Source: a bacterium (lineage in GTDB: Bacteria > Armatimonadota > Zipacnadia > Zipacnadales > UBA11051). Taken from it: a stretch of 64,000 nucleotides of DNA. Positions 32,401 to 41,203 of this stretch are shown here, piece after piece. The stretch spans positions 7,912 to 71,911 of the forward strand of contig JAJFUB010000093.1 in NCBI GenBank assembly GCA_021372615.1, given 5' to 3'. Position numbers and translations under genes: made by a program. How positions within the stretch are numbered: position 1 is the first letter of the stretch; each line of letters opens with the position of its first letter. Under the pieces are notes generated by a model. It saw only the letters and a list, made by a program, of their open reading frames with translations. It was not told the origin of the DNA and made no database searches.

Positions 32401-33130
32401 CGTGGAGCGCACCGCTGACCCGGCGGACAAGAGCTTCGTCTACAAGGTCACCGTAGAGCGCCTGACGACGCCGACGGCGCTCACGGTGAGGGCGTCCGGC
32501 GCCGGGGCGCAGATCGAGCCGGCACAGGTGACGCTGCAGCCGCAGGAGCCCGTGGCGCAGTTCCGCGTGCGGGCGCGCGAGGGCAACACCGAGGTCGTGC
32601 AGTTGCGCTTCACGGTGGAGATGGCCGGCCAGCAGGTGGCCGAGGCGACGTCGGAGTTCCGCAACCTCCCCATGCCGCCGCCGCACCCGCTGGCGACACT
32701 GGCCGGGGGCGCCACGGCGACCGCCGACAGCAGCTACTCGGGCTACAGCCCCGAGGTGGCCATTGACGGCGTGTGGGAGACGACGGGGCTGCACTGGACG
32801 AAGCGGGCGTGGGCGTCGCAGGATGCCGCGCAGCCGGAGGGGCACTGGCTGGAGATCAAACTGCCGAAGCCGACGGCCGTGTCGCAGGCGTGGGTCTACT
32901 GGGCCATTGACGACAACCTGGTGTTCTCGTCGCGTGACTACGACATCGAGACCTGGGACGGCCAGCAGTGGCAGTCGGCGGCGCAGGTGCGCGGCAACCC
33001 GCTGAGCACGGTGACGGTCAGCCAGTGGCCGACCCGCACGACGGACCGGGTGCGCCTCCACCAGCTCAAGAGCGGCGGCGCGGCCCGCCGCCCCGAGATC
33101 ATGTGGGTGACGGAGGTCGGGTTGTACTGA
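29417..33130 (+). CDS. Large secreted putative glycoside hydrolase with an inserted CBM4/9-like module and a C-terminal F5/8 (discoidin) domain
   Basis: Signal peptide, a CBM-like segment (HGGRFS...HDWEK...WFDDVRL), a TIM-barrel-like segment (IDGAYIDS) and an F5/8 domain (ATADSSYSGYSPEVAIDG...WLEIKL). Confidence 0.7.
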   Translation: MRQMILAMGLAVALASAAGAAVVSDGNGLTGAWDGQTLSGLKLGGRMLDGVTATVALRDPRTGRPADSAQFKLTCQLTGRNGALWLQGRVTAAGEADTVADLVLRWEGVSLPTGNGDTDLLLAAKLVNKLPLCPLRRLADGSDVLAMAVPADDPVVYAFKDLPGEQAVELRLPLGFTRDAAPALRMQAPFRLVLFQTDPRWHFRSVLAQYYRLFPKQFARVEKRDGGWFFANEVPQIPNPQHFAFFEGLGDAKVTHDRGLGMYPYSETSSETIHLPGPGLPRGYDEAMQQLEALEQARAPQGWEVAGGDLDEAVKHGGRFSYQASADKPGSAYARQIVPLRPAIAEPVVVEGWSKTENVSAGGNPNDYSIYVDCQLADGSYQFGQCATFRAGTHDWEKATFVIQPRQPLTDLRVYAMFRNRTGTAWFDDVRLYRQSKPGENLIANTDFETLGKRADIQYCRDNALTDAEGRYRFIITDNLAADIPPAHPLSLLRFACNVDPDWQAPEGRPTPCGRAVAMYDNLFATVDIDGAYIDSVCAWCVWYLNFRRDHWPAATSLFTYDPATFKVAQAGKLAMVKYLRFIGDRFHRADAGIRQGKTIFGNMGPSTEAWDNYPALDIIGIESSQFRDRALMGYHRFGGYHKPVLPMNFVNLHHLDDRATAEEFVLASAQWGEFPSTGRYVREGYTSYGDVCHSYYPPLVEMSRAGWEPEPLCEGVRAERFGTGDPLYFTVRAPHEARQAQMLILKQALGAIKNPVVMDAVQLTPVPAKLTPQGLAVSITDGADVLTILRVSSAENARGWLLERAALHCEYGSRVQAISPHTAPLQALARELRQPGRRNASILLAAVKRLQSEEAKVEAEPDSLEKTSLLFELRDAERALAEWLLAADGASLQAPGLGLTPVSEAASLSPTFAAGTSGAKLLGSWGEDGRNILRRQHEKIPADLAAPGQPAVLRSSQPGAAHVLSAIHVPIPGAAPIIVLRAQNVFFASVLKARVERTADPADKSFVYKVTVERLTTPTALTVRASGAGAQIEPAQVTLQPQEPVAQFRVRAREGNTEVVQLRFTVEMAGQQVAEATSEFRNLPMPPPHPLATLAGGATATADSSYSGYSPEVAIDGVWETTGLHWTKRAWASQDAAQPEGHWLEIKLPKPTAVSQAWVYWAIDDNLVFSSRDYDIETWDGQQWQSAAQVRGNPLSTVTVSQWPTRTTDRVRLHQLKSGGAARRPEIMWVTEVGLY

Positions 33131-33165
33131 CCGGGGGGCGGGTCCCGCGACCGACCCTGGGGCCC

Positions 33166-33228
33166 GTAGCGCGGGCGGCCTCGCCCGCGCGAGTCACATC
33201 ACCGGGCAGGCGAGGCCGCCTGCCCTAC
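33166..33228. repeat. GTAG-type REP doublet between convergent genes
   Basis: GTAGCGCGGGCGGCCTCGCCCGC (33166-33188) and GCAGGCGAGGCCGCCTGCCCTAC (33206-33228) are inverted copies. Confidence 0.75.
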
Positions 33229-33248
33229 TGGACCCCTGCCGAGCCGTG

Positions 33249-35798
33249 CTACCGCAGCCGCAGGATCCAGCGGATCATCTGGTCACGCACGGCGTACAGG
33301 TCGCCGGTCACGTCGAGTTGATCCAGGAACGCCTGCGCCTGTTTGGCGTCGCGGCGGTTCTTCGCGGACGCGATGGCCTGGCGTAGCGTCCCCAGGTAGC
33401 GCAGGTCGTCAATCCCCTCGCGATAGCCCTCCCACTGCACCGTGTCCACGACGCCATCCACCGTCGGGTAGACGAAGTTGTGCTGGCGGTAGTGGCCGAT
33501 GGACCAGTCGTTCCACGACGGGCCGCCGCTGTAGTAGATGTACGTCATGCCGCCGTCGTAGTTGTTCGCGGCCAGCAGCAGGCCGAAGTTGCGCCGGTAG
33601 GTCTCCGGCTCCTCGATCCCGCCCTGCGGGTTGGCATAGCAGAAGATCTTGTGGCCCTTGCTGTGCCAGTTGGCCGCCTCTTCCTTGGTTGGGTCGCCGT
33701 AGCAGACCAGCAGGTCTTGCAGGTCGCCGACCAGCGGGAAGTTCTGCCCCGGCGAACCGGCCACGAACACCTTGCCCCCGTTGGCGTGCACCTGCTCCCA
33801 CGCCGGGCGCTGCGCGGTGAGCTTGTCCCCCTGGGCCTCGTCATTGCCATAGAAGTAGAACTCGCTGAAGCCGAAGCCCCTGGCGGTCTCGATGATCTGC
33901 TTGATCTCCTCGGGGGTGACGCGCGAGGTGTAGGCGGTCAGGTAGTACAGGCGGTCGTGGCGCATCCCCGCTTCCTGGCGCAGGCGTAGCTCCTCGGGGA
34001 ACTGCCCGGCCGAGGGCTGGCAGCCGACCGTGGGGTTGTCTATGCCGTGCTCGCGCAGATTGACCAGCTCCGCCCTGAACTGCGCCGGGGTGCGCTTGCG
34101 GATGCCGATCTGGCCCGGCCCGGTCGTGTCCAGCTCTAGACCCCAGTGGAAGTAGATGCTGGACTCCAGAGGGTTGGGGGCGAGGTCGAAGGGGAGGACC
34201 TCCACGGCGAGCGGCAGCGTCTCCACCGTCTGGCCGGCTGACAGCAGCTCCACCCGGCCCCGGTACAGGCCGCTCGTGGCGTCCTGTGGCACATGGACCG
34301 TGACCCAGAACTGCTTGGCGGTGCGGGGGCGGATCGCGACGGGCTGCAGCGTGGCGGCATCGCGGATCGGCAGGGCATCGGCGGCGCAATTGCTCTCCTC
34401 GGCGGTCGGCTTCGGGTTGCTCATGCAGCGCCAGACTTCGCGGCCGTCGGGGAACCGGAGCTTCACGTAGTTGGCGCGGGCGGCTTCATCCACGCGGACG
34501 AGTTCGTCGTCCTTGAGCAGCAACTCGGGGGTTAGCAGGTACTTGCCCTCGTTGATCGGGAAGCGCCCGCTCCCACCACTCTGGTACCACACCTTCACCG
34601 CGCGGACATCCACCGCCGCCGCCGGGATGACGCCGGGGCCGCGCAAGTCCGAGGTCTTCACTTCCAGGCGCACCGCCCGGCGCAGCGGATAGACGACGAA
34701 GGAGGCGGGCTCGTACTCGCCACGGCAGGCGCGGAGGGACAGGTCGCGCGACAGGCGCGCCGGGGGCTCCGGGGCCGGCAGGATCTTGCGGTTCGTGACG
34801 GCCACGGTGGCGTAGGCGAGCAGCTCCTGCCCCGGTGCGGCCAGCTTCGCCATCTGCCGGGCGGCCTCGGCCCCGGCGATGGCGTTGTTGAGGTCCTCGG
34901 TGGCGACAGCGAGTTGCCCCAGGGCGGCCTGACCCGTGCCCAGCAGCTCGCCGAGGGCCTCGGAGGAGACCGGCTTGCCGGCTGCGACGGCGACTCGCAG
35001 GGGCTGGAGGCTGGCCTCGGCGGGGCCGAGAGTGGCTTCCAGCTGGCGTCGGGCGCTGGCGCGGATCATGGCCCGCTGCCGCAGCGTCGCCGCCTGCCGG
35101 TCGAAGGGCTGCAGGAAGCGCCCGGCCAGCGCGCCGGTGCAGGCGTCATCGAAGGTCATCGCGGCGAAGGCGGGGACGTTGTGGAAGCTGCTGCCGGTGG
35201 GCGACCAGGCGCTCAGTTGCAGCCCGCCCGGCTGGCGCTGGCGGCACAGGTTGAACCACCAGATGGCCCCGTGCTGCGGCGCCCCGCCGAGTACCGCCAG
35301 CGGAATCGTGAAGGTGGCGGTCCAGCGGTCGGCGCCGCGGGAGGTCTCGACGGTCCACGGTGCATCCCATTTCGGGGCGCCCTTGCCCTTCTCGTCCCAT
35401 TTGGCGCCGAGGGCGTTGGTGACGAAGTGGTAGTACTCCTGCTCGGTCCCCCGGGGGCTGATGAAGACCTCCAGGCAATCGTCGCTGAACAGGTTGCCGT
35501 CATCGTCCTTCCGACACTTGGCGACCAGCGCGTCCATCTTCGGCTCGAGGCACTCGACCACGAAGATGAGCTTGTCCCGGCTGAGGCAGGCCGCGGCGCG
35601 AGTCTGGGCGGCCGCCGGCTTGCCGGCGCTGTCTAGGAAGTCGGTCATGACCTGGCCTGCAGGCAGCAAGGCCAGCGTCGGCGTCGCGGTGGGCGCCGGC
35701 AGGACACGGTAGACGCGCACGGCGGCCGGGGCGGCGGCAGCAGACAGGAGCGCCAGCAGGCACGCTGCCATAGCGAAGCGGCGCGGGGAGGTGGTCAT
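33249..35798 (-). CDS. Secreted CBM9-like + GH123/DUF4091-like putative glycoside hydrolase
   Basis: Signal peptide, a CBM9_1-like segment (FSDDCLEVFISP...YYHFVTNALG; WWFNLCR), ACRGEYEPASFVVY and a C-terminal WEGYREGIDDLRY. Start placed at ATG 35798. Confidence 0.7.
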   Translation of the reverse strand: MTTSPRRFAMAACLLALLSAAAAPAAVRVYRVLPAPTATPTLALLPAGQVMTDFLDSAGKPAAAQTRAAACLSRDKLIFVVECLEPKMDALVAKCRKDDDGNLFSDDCLEVFISPRGTEQEYYHFVTNALGAKWDEKGKGAPKWDAPWTVETSRGADRWTATFTIPLAVLGGAPQHGAIWWFNLCRQRQPGGLQLSAWSPTGSSFHNVPAFAAMTFDDACTGALAGRFLQPFDRQAATLRQRAMIRASARRQLEATLGPAEASLQPLRVAVAAGKPVSSEALGELLGTGQAALGQLAVATEDLNNAIAGAEAARQMAKLAAPGQELLAYATVAVTNRKILPAPEPPARLSRDLSLRACRGEYEPASFVVYPLRRAVRLEVKTSDLRGPGVIPAAAVDVRAVKVWYQSGGSGRFPINEGKYLLTPELLLKDDELVRVDEAARANYVKLRFPDGREVWRCMSNPKPTAEESNCAADALPIRDAATLQPVAIRPRTAKQFWVTVHVPQDATSGLYRGRVELLSAGQTVETLPLAVEVLPFDLAPNPLESSIYFHWGLELDTTGPGQIGIRKRTPAQFRAELVNLREHGIDNPTVGCQPSAGQFPEELRLRQEAGMRHDRLYYLTAYTSRVTPEEIKQIIETARGFGFSEFYFYGNDEAQGDKLTAQRPAWEQVHANGGKVFVAGSPGQNFPLVGDLQDLLVCYGDPTKEEAANWHSKGHKIFCYANPQGGIEEPETYRRNFGLLLAANNYDGGMTYIYYSGGPSWNDWSIGHYRQHNFVYPTVDGVVDTVQWEGYREGIDDLRYLGTLRQAIASAKNRRDAKQAQAFLDQLDVTGDLYAVRDQMIRWILRLR

Positions 35799-35940
35799 CG
35801 GGGAGTTCCTTTCTCGTCCGGGCATGTCGGGAAGCAGCACGCCATTCGGCGCGCGGGGCCAGTGAACCTGCCCGGGTGTGCAGGGCCGGGGGCGGGGACG
35901 GGGAACCCTCCGCCATCTCTGCCTCCCAAGAGGTGCCCCC

Positions 35941-38115
35941 GTGAAGCATCTACCTGACGTGAAGCCGCTGACGTGGAAGGGCGATCTGGCTGCCCGGATG
36001 GTTGCCGGGATGGACAAGTTCCTGCGCCGCGCTACGGTCGAGCGCGCCGGGCAACGCGAGCGCTACTGGAAGCGCGACACAAAGTCCTGGGCGCGGCACG
36101 AGAAGTCTGTCGCGCCGAATCGCGCGCGGCTGGCGAAGTTCCTCGGGGTGGTAGATGAGCGGGTCGAGGCGGAGATGTTGCTGGAGGAGAGCGGGTCCAG
36201 AGGCGCCATCCACTACATCGGGGACATGAGCCAGTCGCAGCACACCGTCCGTGATGCGCGACTGATGGTGTTGCCTGGCGTCACGGCAGAAGGCCTGCTC
36301 CTGCGGCCGAAGGGCCCGATGGTTGCGAGTGTCGTCGCGATGCCTGACTGCGACGAGACACCCGAGTCCGTGGCGACGGGCCTCGGGGCGCGGTTGGCGC
36401 AGAATGGCTGCCAGGTGTTCATCCCGACGCTCATCAACCGTGACTGCGAGTGGTCCGGGGTCGCCGGCGCCATGACCAACGAGCCGCACCGGGAGTTCAT
36501 CTATCGCGCCGCGTATGAGTTGGGGCGGCACATCATCGGGCTGGAGATACAGAAGGTGCTGGCGGCGGTGGACTGGTTCAGCAAGGCGGGCTTGCCCATC
36601 GGGGTCATCGGCTACGGCGAGGGGGGGCTGATCGCTCTGAATGCCGCGGCACTGGACACGCGCCTTGACGCCGCGGTCGTCAGCGGGTACTTCGGTCCGC
36701 GCGAGGGGCTCTTCGCCGAGCCGATCTACCGCAATGTCTGGCGGCTGCTGGAGGAGTTCGGGGACGCGGAAGTGGCTAGTCTCATCGCCCCGCGGACGCT
36801 CATCGTCGAGCACTGCCCATTCCCGGCGGTTGACGGGCCGCCGCCGGTGAGCGAGGGGCGCTCGGGTGCGGCACCCGGGGCGATCACGACCCCGTCGGCG
36901 GCCGCGGTCCGCAAGGAACTCGGCCGTACCGAGAAGCTGCTGGGCGGGCTAGAGCCGGCGCTGAGCTTGGTCGAGACGGAGGCGCCGGGCAGCGCGGCGG
37001 CGCTGGAGGCATTGCTGGGAGCCCTGGGCGCGCCCTCAGCCGGCGGGCACAGCGAACGGTGCTGGACGGTCCACGCCAGCGCCCGCCTCAAGCGCCAGTT
37101 CGACGAGATGGTCGAGTGGACGCAGGCGCTGATGCGCGAGTCCGAGTACATCCGGCGCGACTACTGGGCGCAGGCCGACGCGACCGACGTGAAGTCGTGG
37201 GTGAAGACGACCAAGGCCTACCGCAAGCGCTTTCATGAGGAGGTCATCGGGGCGCTGCCGGAGCCGGACATGCCACCGAACCCCCGCGCCCGGCGAGTCT
37301 TCGCCACCGAGGCCTTTACCGGCTATGAGGTTGTGCTCGACGTGTATCCGGATGTGTTCGCCTACGGCATTCTGCTCGTGCCGCATGATGTGCAGCCCGG
37401 CGAGCGCCGGCCTGTCGTCGTGTGCCAGCACGGGCTGGAGGGCCGGCCGCAGGATGTGGCCGACCCGTCGGTCGAGGGGAACTGCTACTACCAGTTCGCC
37501 TGCCGGCTGGCCGAGCGGGGCTTCGTGACCTTCGCCCCGCAGAACCCCTACATCGGGTATGACGCCTTCCGCGTGCTGCAGCGGATGGCCAACCCGCTGG
37601 GGCTGTCGCTGTTCTCGTTCATCATCCGCCAACACCAGCGCCTGCTGGGGTTTCTGAAGACGCTGCCGTATGTGGATGGCAAGCGGCTGGCGTTCTACGG
37701 GCTGAGCTATGGCGGGAAGACGGCCATGCGGGTACCGGCGGTGCTGGAGGACTACTGCCTGTCCATCTGCTCGGGGGACTTCAACGAGTGGATCTGGAAG
37801 AACGCCTCGACCCGCGCGCCGTTCAGCTACATGCGCACCGGCGAGTATGAGATGTTCGAGTTCGACCTGGGGATGACGTTCAACTACGCCGAGATGAGCT
37901 ACCTCATCTGCCCACGCCCCTTCATGGTCGAGCGCGGGCACTGGGACGGCTGCTCATGGGATGAGTGGGTCGCATACGAGTACGCCAAGACGAACTACCG
38001 CTACGACCTGCTGGGGATCGGCGACCGGACCGAGATCGAGTACTTCAACGGCCCGCACGAGATCCACGCGGTGGGAACGTCCGCGTTCCTGGAGAAGCAC
38101 CTGAGGGGGCAGTAG
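35941..38115 (+). CDS. Tandem alpha/beta-hydrolase (dienelactone hydrolase/acetylxylan esterase-like)
   Basis: Two hydrolase units with elbows IGYGEGG and YGLSYGG, plus VVCQHGLEG and NGPHEI. GTG start after GAGG. Confidence 0.8.
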   Translation: MKHLPDVKPLTWKGDLAARMVAGMDKFLRRATVERAGQRERYWKRDTKSWARHEKSVAPNRARLAKFLGVVDERVEAEMLLEESGSRGAIHYIGDMSQSQHTVRDARLMVLPGVTAEGLLLRPKGPMVASVVAMPDCDETPESVATGLGARLAQNGCQVFIPTLINRDCEWSGVAGAMTNEPHREFIYRAAYELGRHIIGLEIQKVLAAVDWFSKAGLPIGVIGYGEGGLIALNAAALDTRLDAAVVSGYFGPREGLFAEPIYRNVWRLLEEFGDAEVASLIAPRTLIVEHCPFPAVDGPPPVSEGRSGAAPGAITTPSAAAVRKELGRTEKLLGGLEPALSLVETEAPGSAAALEALLGALGAPSAGGHSERCWTVHASARLKRQFDEMVEWTQALMRESEYIRRDYWAQADATDVKSWVKTTKAYRKRFHEEVIGALPEPDMPPNPRARRVFATEAFTGYEVVLDVYPDVFAYGILLVPHDVQPGERRPVVVCQHGLEGRPQDVADPSVEGNCYYQFACRLAERGFVTFAPQNPYIGYDAFRVLQRMANPLGLSLFSFIIRQHQRLLGFLKTLPYVDGKRLAFYGLSYGGKTAMRVPAVLEDYCLSICSGDFNEWIWKNASTRAPFSYMRTGEYEMFEFDLGMTFNYAEMSYLICPRPFMVERGHWDGCSWDEWVAYEYAKTNYRYDLLGIGDRTEIEYFNGPHEIHAVGTSAFLEKHLRGQ

Positions 38116-38155
38116 GGGTCGGGTGGGGTGCATGTCGCGCGAGTGCTGCGAGTGC

Positions 38156-38234
38156 CGCGTGGGCGCGCGTGTCCCCACGCGCGCATCGGGTAGCGACAGA
38201 AGACTGCGCGCGTGGGGACACGCGCGCCCACGCG
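38156..38234. repeat. REP family A doublet with perfect 30-bp inverted arms
   Basis: Arms at 38156-38185 and 38205-38234, spacer TCGGGTAGCGACAGAAGAC. Confidence 0.9.
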
Positions 38235-38243
38235 ACCCGATGG

Positions 38244-39806
38244 CTACAGCGTCTTGCCGTAGATGACCTGGCCGTCGCCGACGCCGTAGAACTCGGGCAC
38301 GTGGCCGTAGGGCTCGTAGCCGGCGCGTTCGTACAGGCGCCGGGCGGGAGCGTATGAGGGCGTGTCCGAGGTCTCGATGATCAGGACGCGCCCCCCGAGC
38401 CGGCGCGTCTCGTCCTCCACCCGCCGCAGGAGCTTGCGCCCCACGCCCTGCCCGTGGCACGCCGGGTCTACCGCGAGCCAGTACAGGTCATAGGTGCGGT
38501 CGGTCAGCGGCCGCGGGCCGAAGATGGCGAAGCCGACGGGCTGCCGACTCACCGTGGCGACGATGACCGCGTAGTCCTCCCCCGTGAGACTCTCACCCAG
38601 GAGTTCGCCGATCGTCTCGACTTCCTCGGGGGTGAAGACGCGACAGTCCGACGAGAGGCGGACGAGGGCGGGAATGTCGGCCTTGCGGAGCCGCCGCAGG
38701 CGCGTGGGCGCGCGTGTCCCCACGCGCGCATCGGGTGGCGACAGACTGCGCGCGTGGGGACACGCGCGCCCACGCGACACCGTCTCAGGCCGGTCCAGGC
38801 CCAGTCGCGTCGTTGCGGCTGCGAGGATGGCTGCGATGACCTCGACGTGCTCGATCCCCAGGCGGTTCGCCAGGATGATGAGGTCGCTTACCACCGGCTT
38901 GAGGCCGGGGAGGGGGTTGGCCTCGATGAAGTGCGCCACGTGGTCGCGGAGGCGGAAGTCTATCCGCGCGACATCGCGGCAGCCGAGGGCCTGCCAGCAG
39001 GTCAGGGCCGCCGCGCGGACCGCTGCCTCGTCCTCGGGCGTGAGGGGCGCCGGGGCCTCATAGCGCATCAGTTGGCGGTACTCGCGCTTTTCGCGCAGGC
39101 CGTAGACGAAGGTGTCGGCCTGGGCCCGGGTAGGGATTGCCTGCATGATGCCCAGGACATGCGGGGGATCGTTGCCGACGAGGCCCACCGTCAGGTCGGG
39201 GCCTGCCACGAACTCCTCCACGAGCACCGGCTGGTCGTAGCGCCGGCGCACACGGCGGATGGCGGCGGGCAGGCGGCGGCGGCTCGTGATGACGCTGTCG
39301 GCGCCAATGCCCTTGCTGGAGCCCTCGTACGCGGGCTTGAGGATCACCGGCAGCGGCAGCCGCGCGAGGTCGTCGGCGACGGCGGCCGGGTCGTCGGCGA
39401 CGAGCACCCACTGCGGAGTGGCCGCGCCGGCGGCACGCACCAGGCGCTTGGCGCAGTCCTTGTCCAGCGTCGCGGCCATCGTCAGGGCGTCCGAGCCCGT
39501 GTACGGCAGGCCGAAGCTCTCCAGGAGCGCGGGCACCCACGACTCGCGGCAACGCCAGGCGCCCCGGCCCTCGGCCAGATTCAGCACCAGCTCGGGCCGA
39601 GCGCCAGTCAGCAAGCGCCGCACGAGCTGCTCACCATCGCCCAGCAACATGACCTCGTGGCCGAGCAGCGCGATGGCGTCGGCGATCTCGCGGATCGTCT
39701 CGGGGGAGTCCAGCTCCTCCTCGGCGTCATCGGGATGGTCGGTGGAGACCAGGGGTAGACGCTGGGGTGGGGCGCTCTTGACGGAGTAGGTGAAGCCGAT
39801 GATCAC
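38244..39806 (-). CDS. D-Ala-D-Ala-ligase-like ATP-grasp enzyme fused to a C-terminal GNAT acetyltransferase
   Basis: NLAEG, LDKDCAK, ILKPAYEGSSKGI, LVEEF, RIDFR and EANPLPGL. GNAT motifs YDLYWLAVDPACHGQGVGRKL, IETS and LYERAGY. Confidence 0.85.
   Translation of the reverse strand: MIIGFTYSVKSAPPQRLPLVSTDHPDDAEEELDSPETIREIADAIALLGHEVMLLGDGEQLVRRLLTGARPELVLNLAEGRGAWRCRESWVPALLESFGLPYTGSDALTMAATLDKDCAKRLVRAAGAATPQWVLVADDPAAVADDLARLPLPVILKPAYEGSSKGIGADSVITSRRRLPAAIRRVRRRYDQPVLVEEFVAGPDLTVGLVGNDPPHVLGIMQAIPTRAQADTFVYGLREKREYRQLMRYEAPAPLTPEDEAAVRAAALTCWQALGCRDVARIDFRLRDHVAHFIEANPLPGLKPVVSDLIILANRLGIEHVEVIAAILAAATTRLGLDRPETVSRGRACPHARSLSPPDARVGTRAPTRLRRLRKADIPALVRLSSDCRVFTPEEVETIGELLGESLTGEDYAVIVATVSRQPVGFAIFGPRPLTDRTYDLYWLAVDPACHGQGVGRKLLRRVEDETRRLGGRVLIIETSDTPSYAPARRLYERAGYEPYGHVPEFYGVGDGQVIYGKTL
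38701..38776. repeat. REP family A doublet inside the ATP-grasp/GNAT linker
   Basis: Arms at 38701-38730 and 38747-38776, identical to those at 38156-38234. Translated in frame as RGRACPHARSLSPPDARVGTRAPTR. Confidence 0.9.
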
Positions 39807-41122
39807 CGGGGCCCAGCGCTCCCGCGCCGGCGGCGGCGCTGTAGCCGGGGCGTACTCTCGGGCGCGAGCACCGTCTCCTGCCCGGCCAGCAGCCCGCTGA
39901 CGCCCTGGCGCAGCGCACTGTCGCAGGCGGCAGGCGCCCCGCTCTGCGGGTTGTAGCGGAACAGCACGCCCTCGTAGTTGCGCAGCACGACGGAGTCCTC
40001 GGAGGCGGAGACGAGGTAGTTGGGCATGATCGGCACCTTGCCGGCGCCGTGCAGCCCATCCACGGCATAGGTGGGCACCGCCACGCCGGAGACGTGCCCG
40101 CGTAGCCCCTCAATGATCTCCAGGCCCTTCCACAGCGAGGTGCGAAAGTGCCCCGCGCCGCGCACGGGGTCACAGTGGAACATGTAGTAGGGCCGCACCT
40201 TGATGCGCAGCAACCCGCGCACGAGGGCATGCATGGCCTCGACGGAATCATTGACGCCCTGCAGCAGGGTCGTCTGGTTGTTCACGGGAATACCCGCCTC
40301 GATCAGCAGGCGGCAGGCGAGGGCGGACTCGCGGGTGATCTCGCGCACGTGGTTGAAGTGGGTCTGCACCCAGACCTTGCGCTGGGCGGCGAGCATGTCC
40401 ACCAACTCGCCGTCGAGCAGGCGCTGGGGGAGGGTGACGGGTACGCGCGTGCCGACGCGGATGAGGTCCACGTGCTCGATCTCGGCCAGCGGGGCGATCA
40501 GGCGGCGCAGGCGGGCGGCCGACAGCATCAGCGGGTCGCCGCCGGAGACGATGATGTCATGCACCTCGGGATGGTCGCGCACGTACTGCACGACGGCGTC
40601 TACATCGGCCTGCAGGTGAGGCTCGGCGTCGCGGGCCATCGTGTTGCGCTTGCGGGTGCAGAAGCGGCAGTACATGGGACAGACCTGGCTGGCGAGCACC
40701 AGCACGCGGTCGGGATACCGATGCGTCAGCCCCCGCACCGGGGAGTCCTCTTCCTCCTCCAGCGGGTCCTCCATCTCGTCGGCCGCGGCTTCGTTCAGCT
40801 CCAGCGGCGAGGGTACGGCCTGCAGGCGGATGGGGTCGTCCGGGTCGTCGGGGTCAATCAGTGACAGGTAGTACGGGGGAATGGCCAGGCGGTAGGCGTC
40901 CGCCACGACGGCGAGGGCCTCGACGGTCGGCGGAGGCAGAGGCAACACGCGGGCCAGTTGCGCCACGGTGCGGACCGTGTGCTTGTGCTGCCAGCGCCAG
41001 TCAGTCCACTGCTCGGGGGCGACACCTTGCCAGGGGGCAGGGGGCCGAGTAGGCTCAAGGGAGTACTCTCCCCCTTCACCAGGATCGAGCTGCGGCAGGC
41101 GGATCGGATGTGAAGGGGTCAA
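39803..41122 (-). CDS. kamA: Lysine 2,3-aminomutase (KamA family radical SAM, PLP-dependent)
   Basis: WTDWRWQ, GLTHRYPDRVL, CPMYCRFCTRKR (CxxxCxxC), SGGDPL, RVGTRVPVTLPQR, THFNH, RPYYMFHCD and VPTYAVDGLHGAGKVP. Confidence 0.92.
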   Translation of the reverse strand: MTPSHPIRLPQLDPGEGGEYSLEPTRPPAPWQGVAPEQWTDWRWQHKHTVRTVAQLARVLPLPPPTVEALAVVADAYRLAIPPYYLSLIDPDDPDDPIRLQAVPSPLELNEAAADEMEDPLEEEEDSPVRGLTHRYPDRVLVLASQVCPMYCRFCTRKRNTMARDAEPHLQADVDAVVQYVRDHPEVHDIIVSGGDPLMLSAARLRRLIAPLAEIEHVDLIRVGTRVPVTLPQRLLDGELVDMLAAQRKVWVQTHFNHVREITRESALACRLLIEAGIPVNNQTTLLQGVNDSVEAMHALVRGLLRIKVRPYYMFHCDPVRGAGHFRTSLWKGLEIIEGLRGHVSGVAVPTYAVDGLHGAGKVPIMPNYLVSASEDSVVLRNYEGVLFRYNPQSGAPAACDSALRQGVSGLLAGQETVLAPESTPRLQRRRRRGSAGPR

Positions 41123-41173
41123 GTGAGGTCAACGACCTCCCGATGCCGAAATGTGGCCCTTGTTTGGTGCGCG

Positions 41174-41202
41174 ATTGTAGACCCGACCTGAGGGAGAGTC
41201 AA
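41174..41202 (-). promoter_or_regulatory. Sigma70-type promoter for kamA and the ATP-grasp/GNAT gene
   Basis: Minus strand TTGACT-N17-TACAAT, ending about 50 nt upstream of the kamA start. Confidence 0.7.
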
Positions 41203-41203
41203 G

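Noticed and set aside
39803-41122. EpmB for EF-P beta-lysylation, or a lysine fermentation gene
   Set aside because: No efp, epmA or kamD/kamE is nearby, and the gene is coupled to an ATP-grasp/GNAT fusion.
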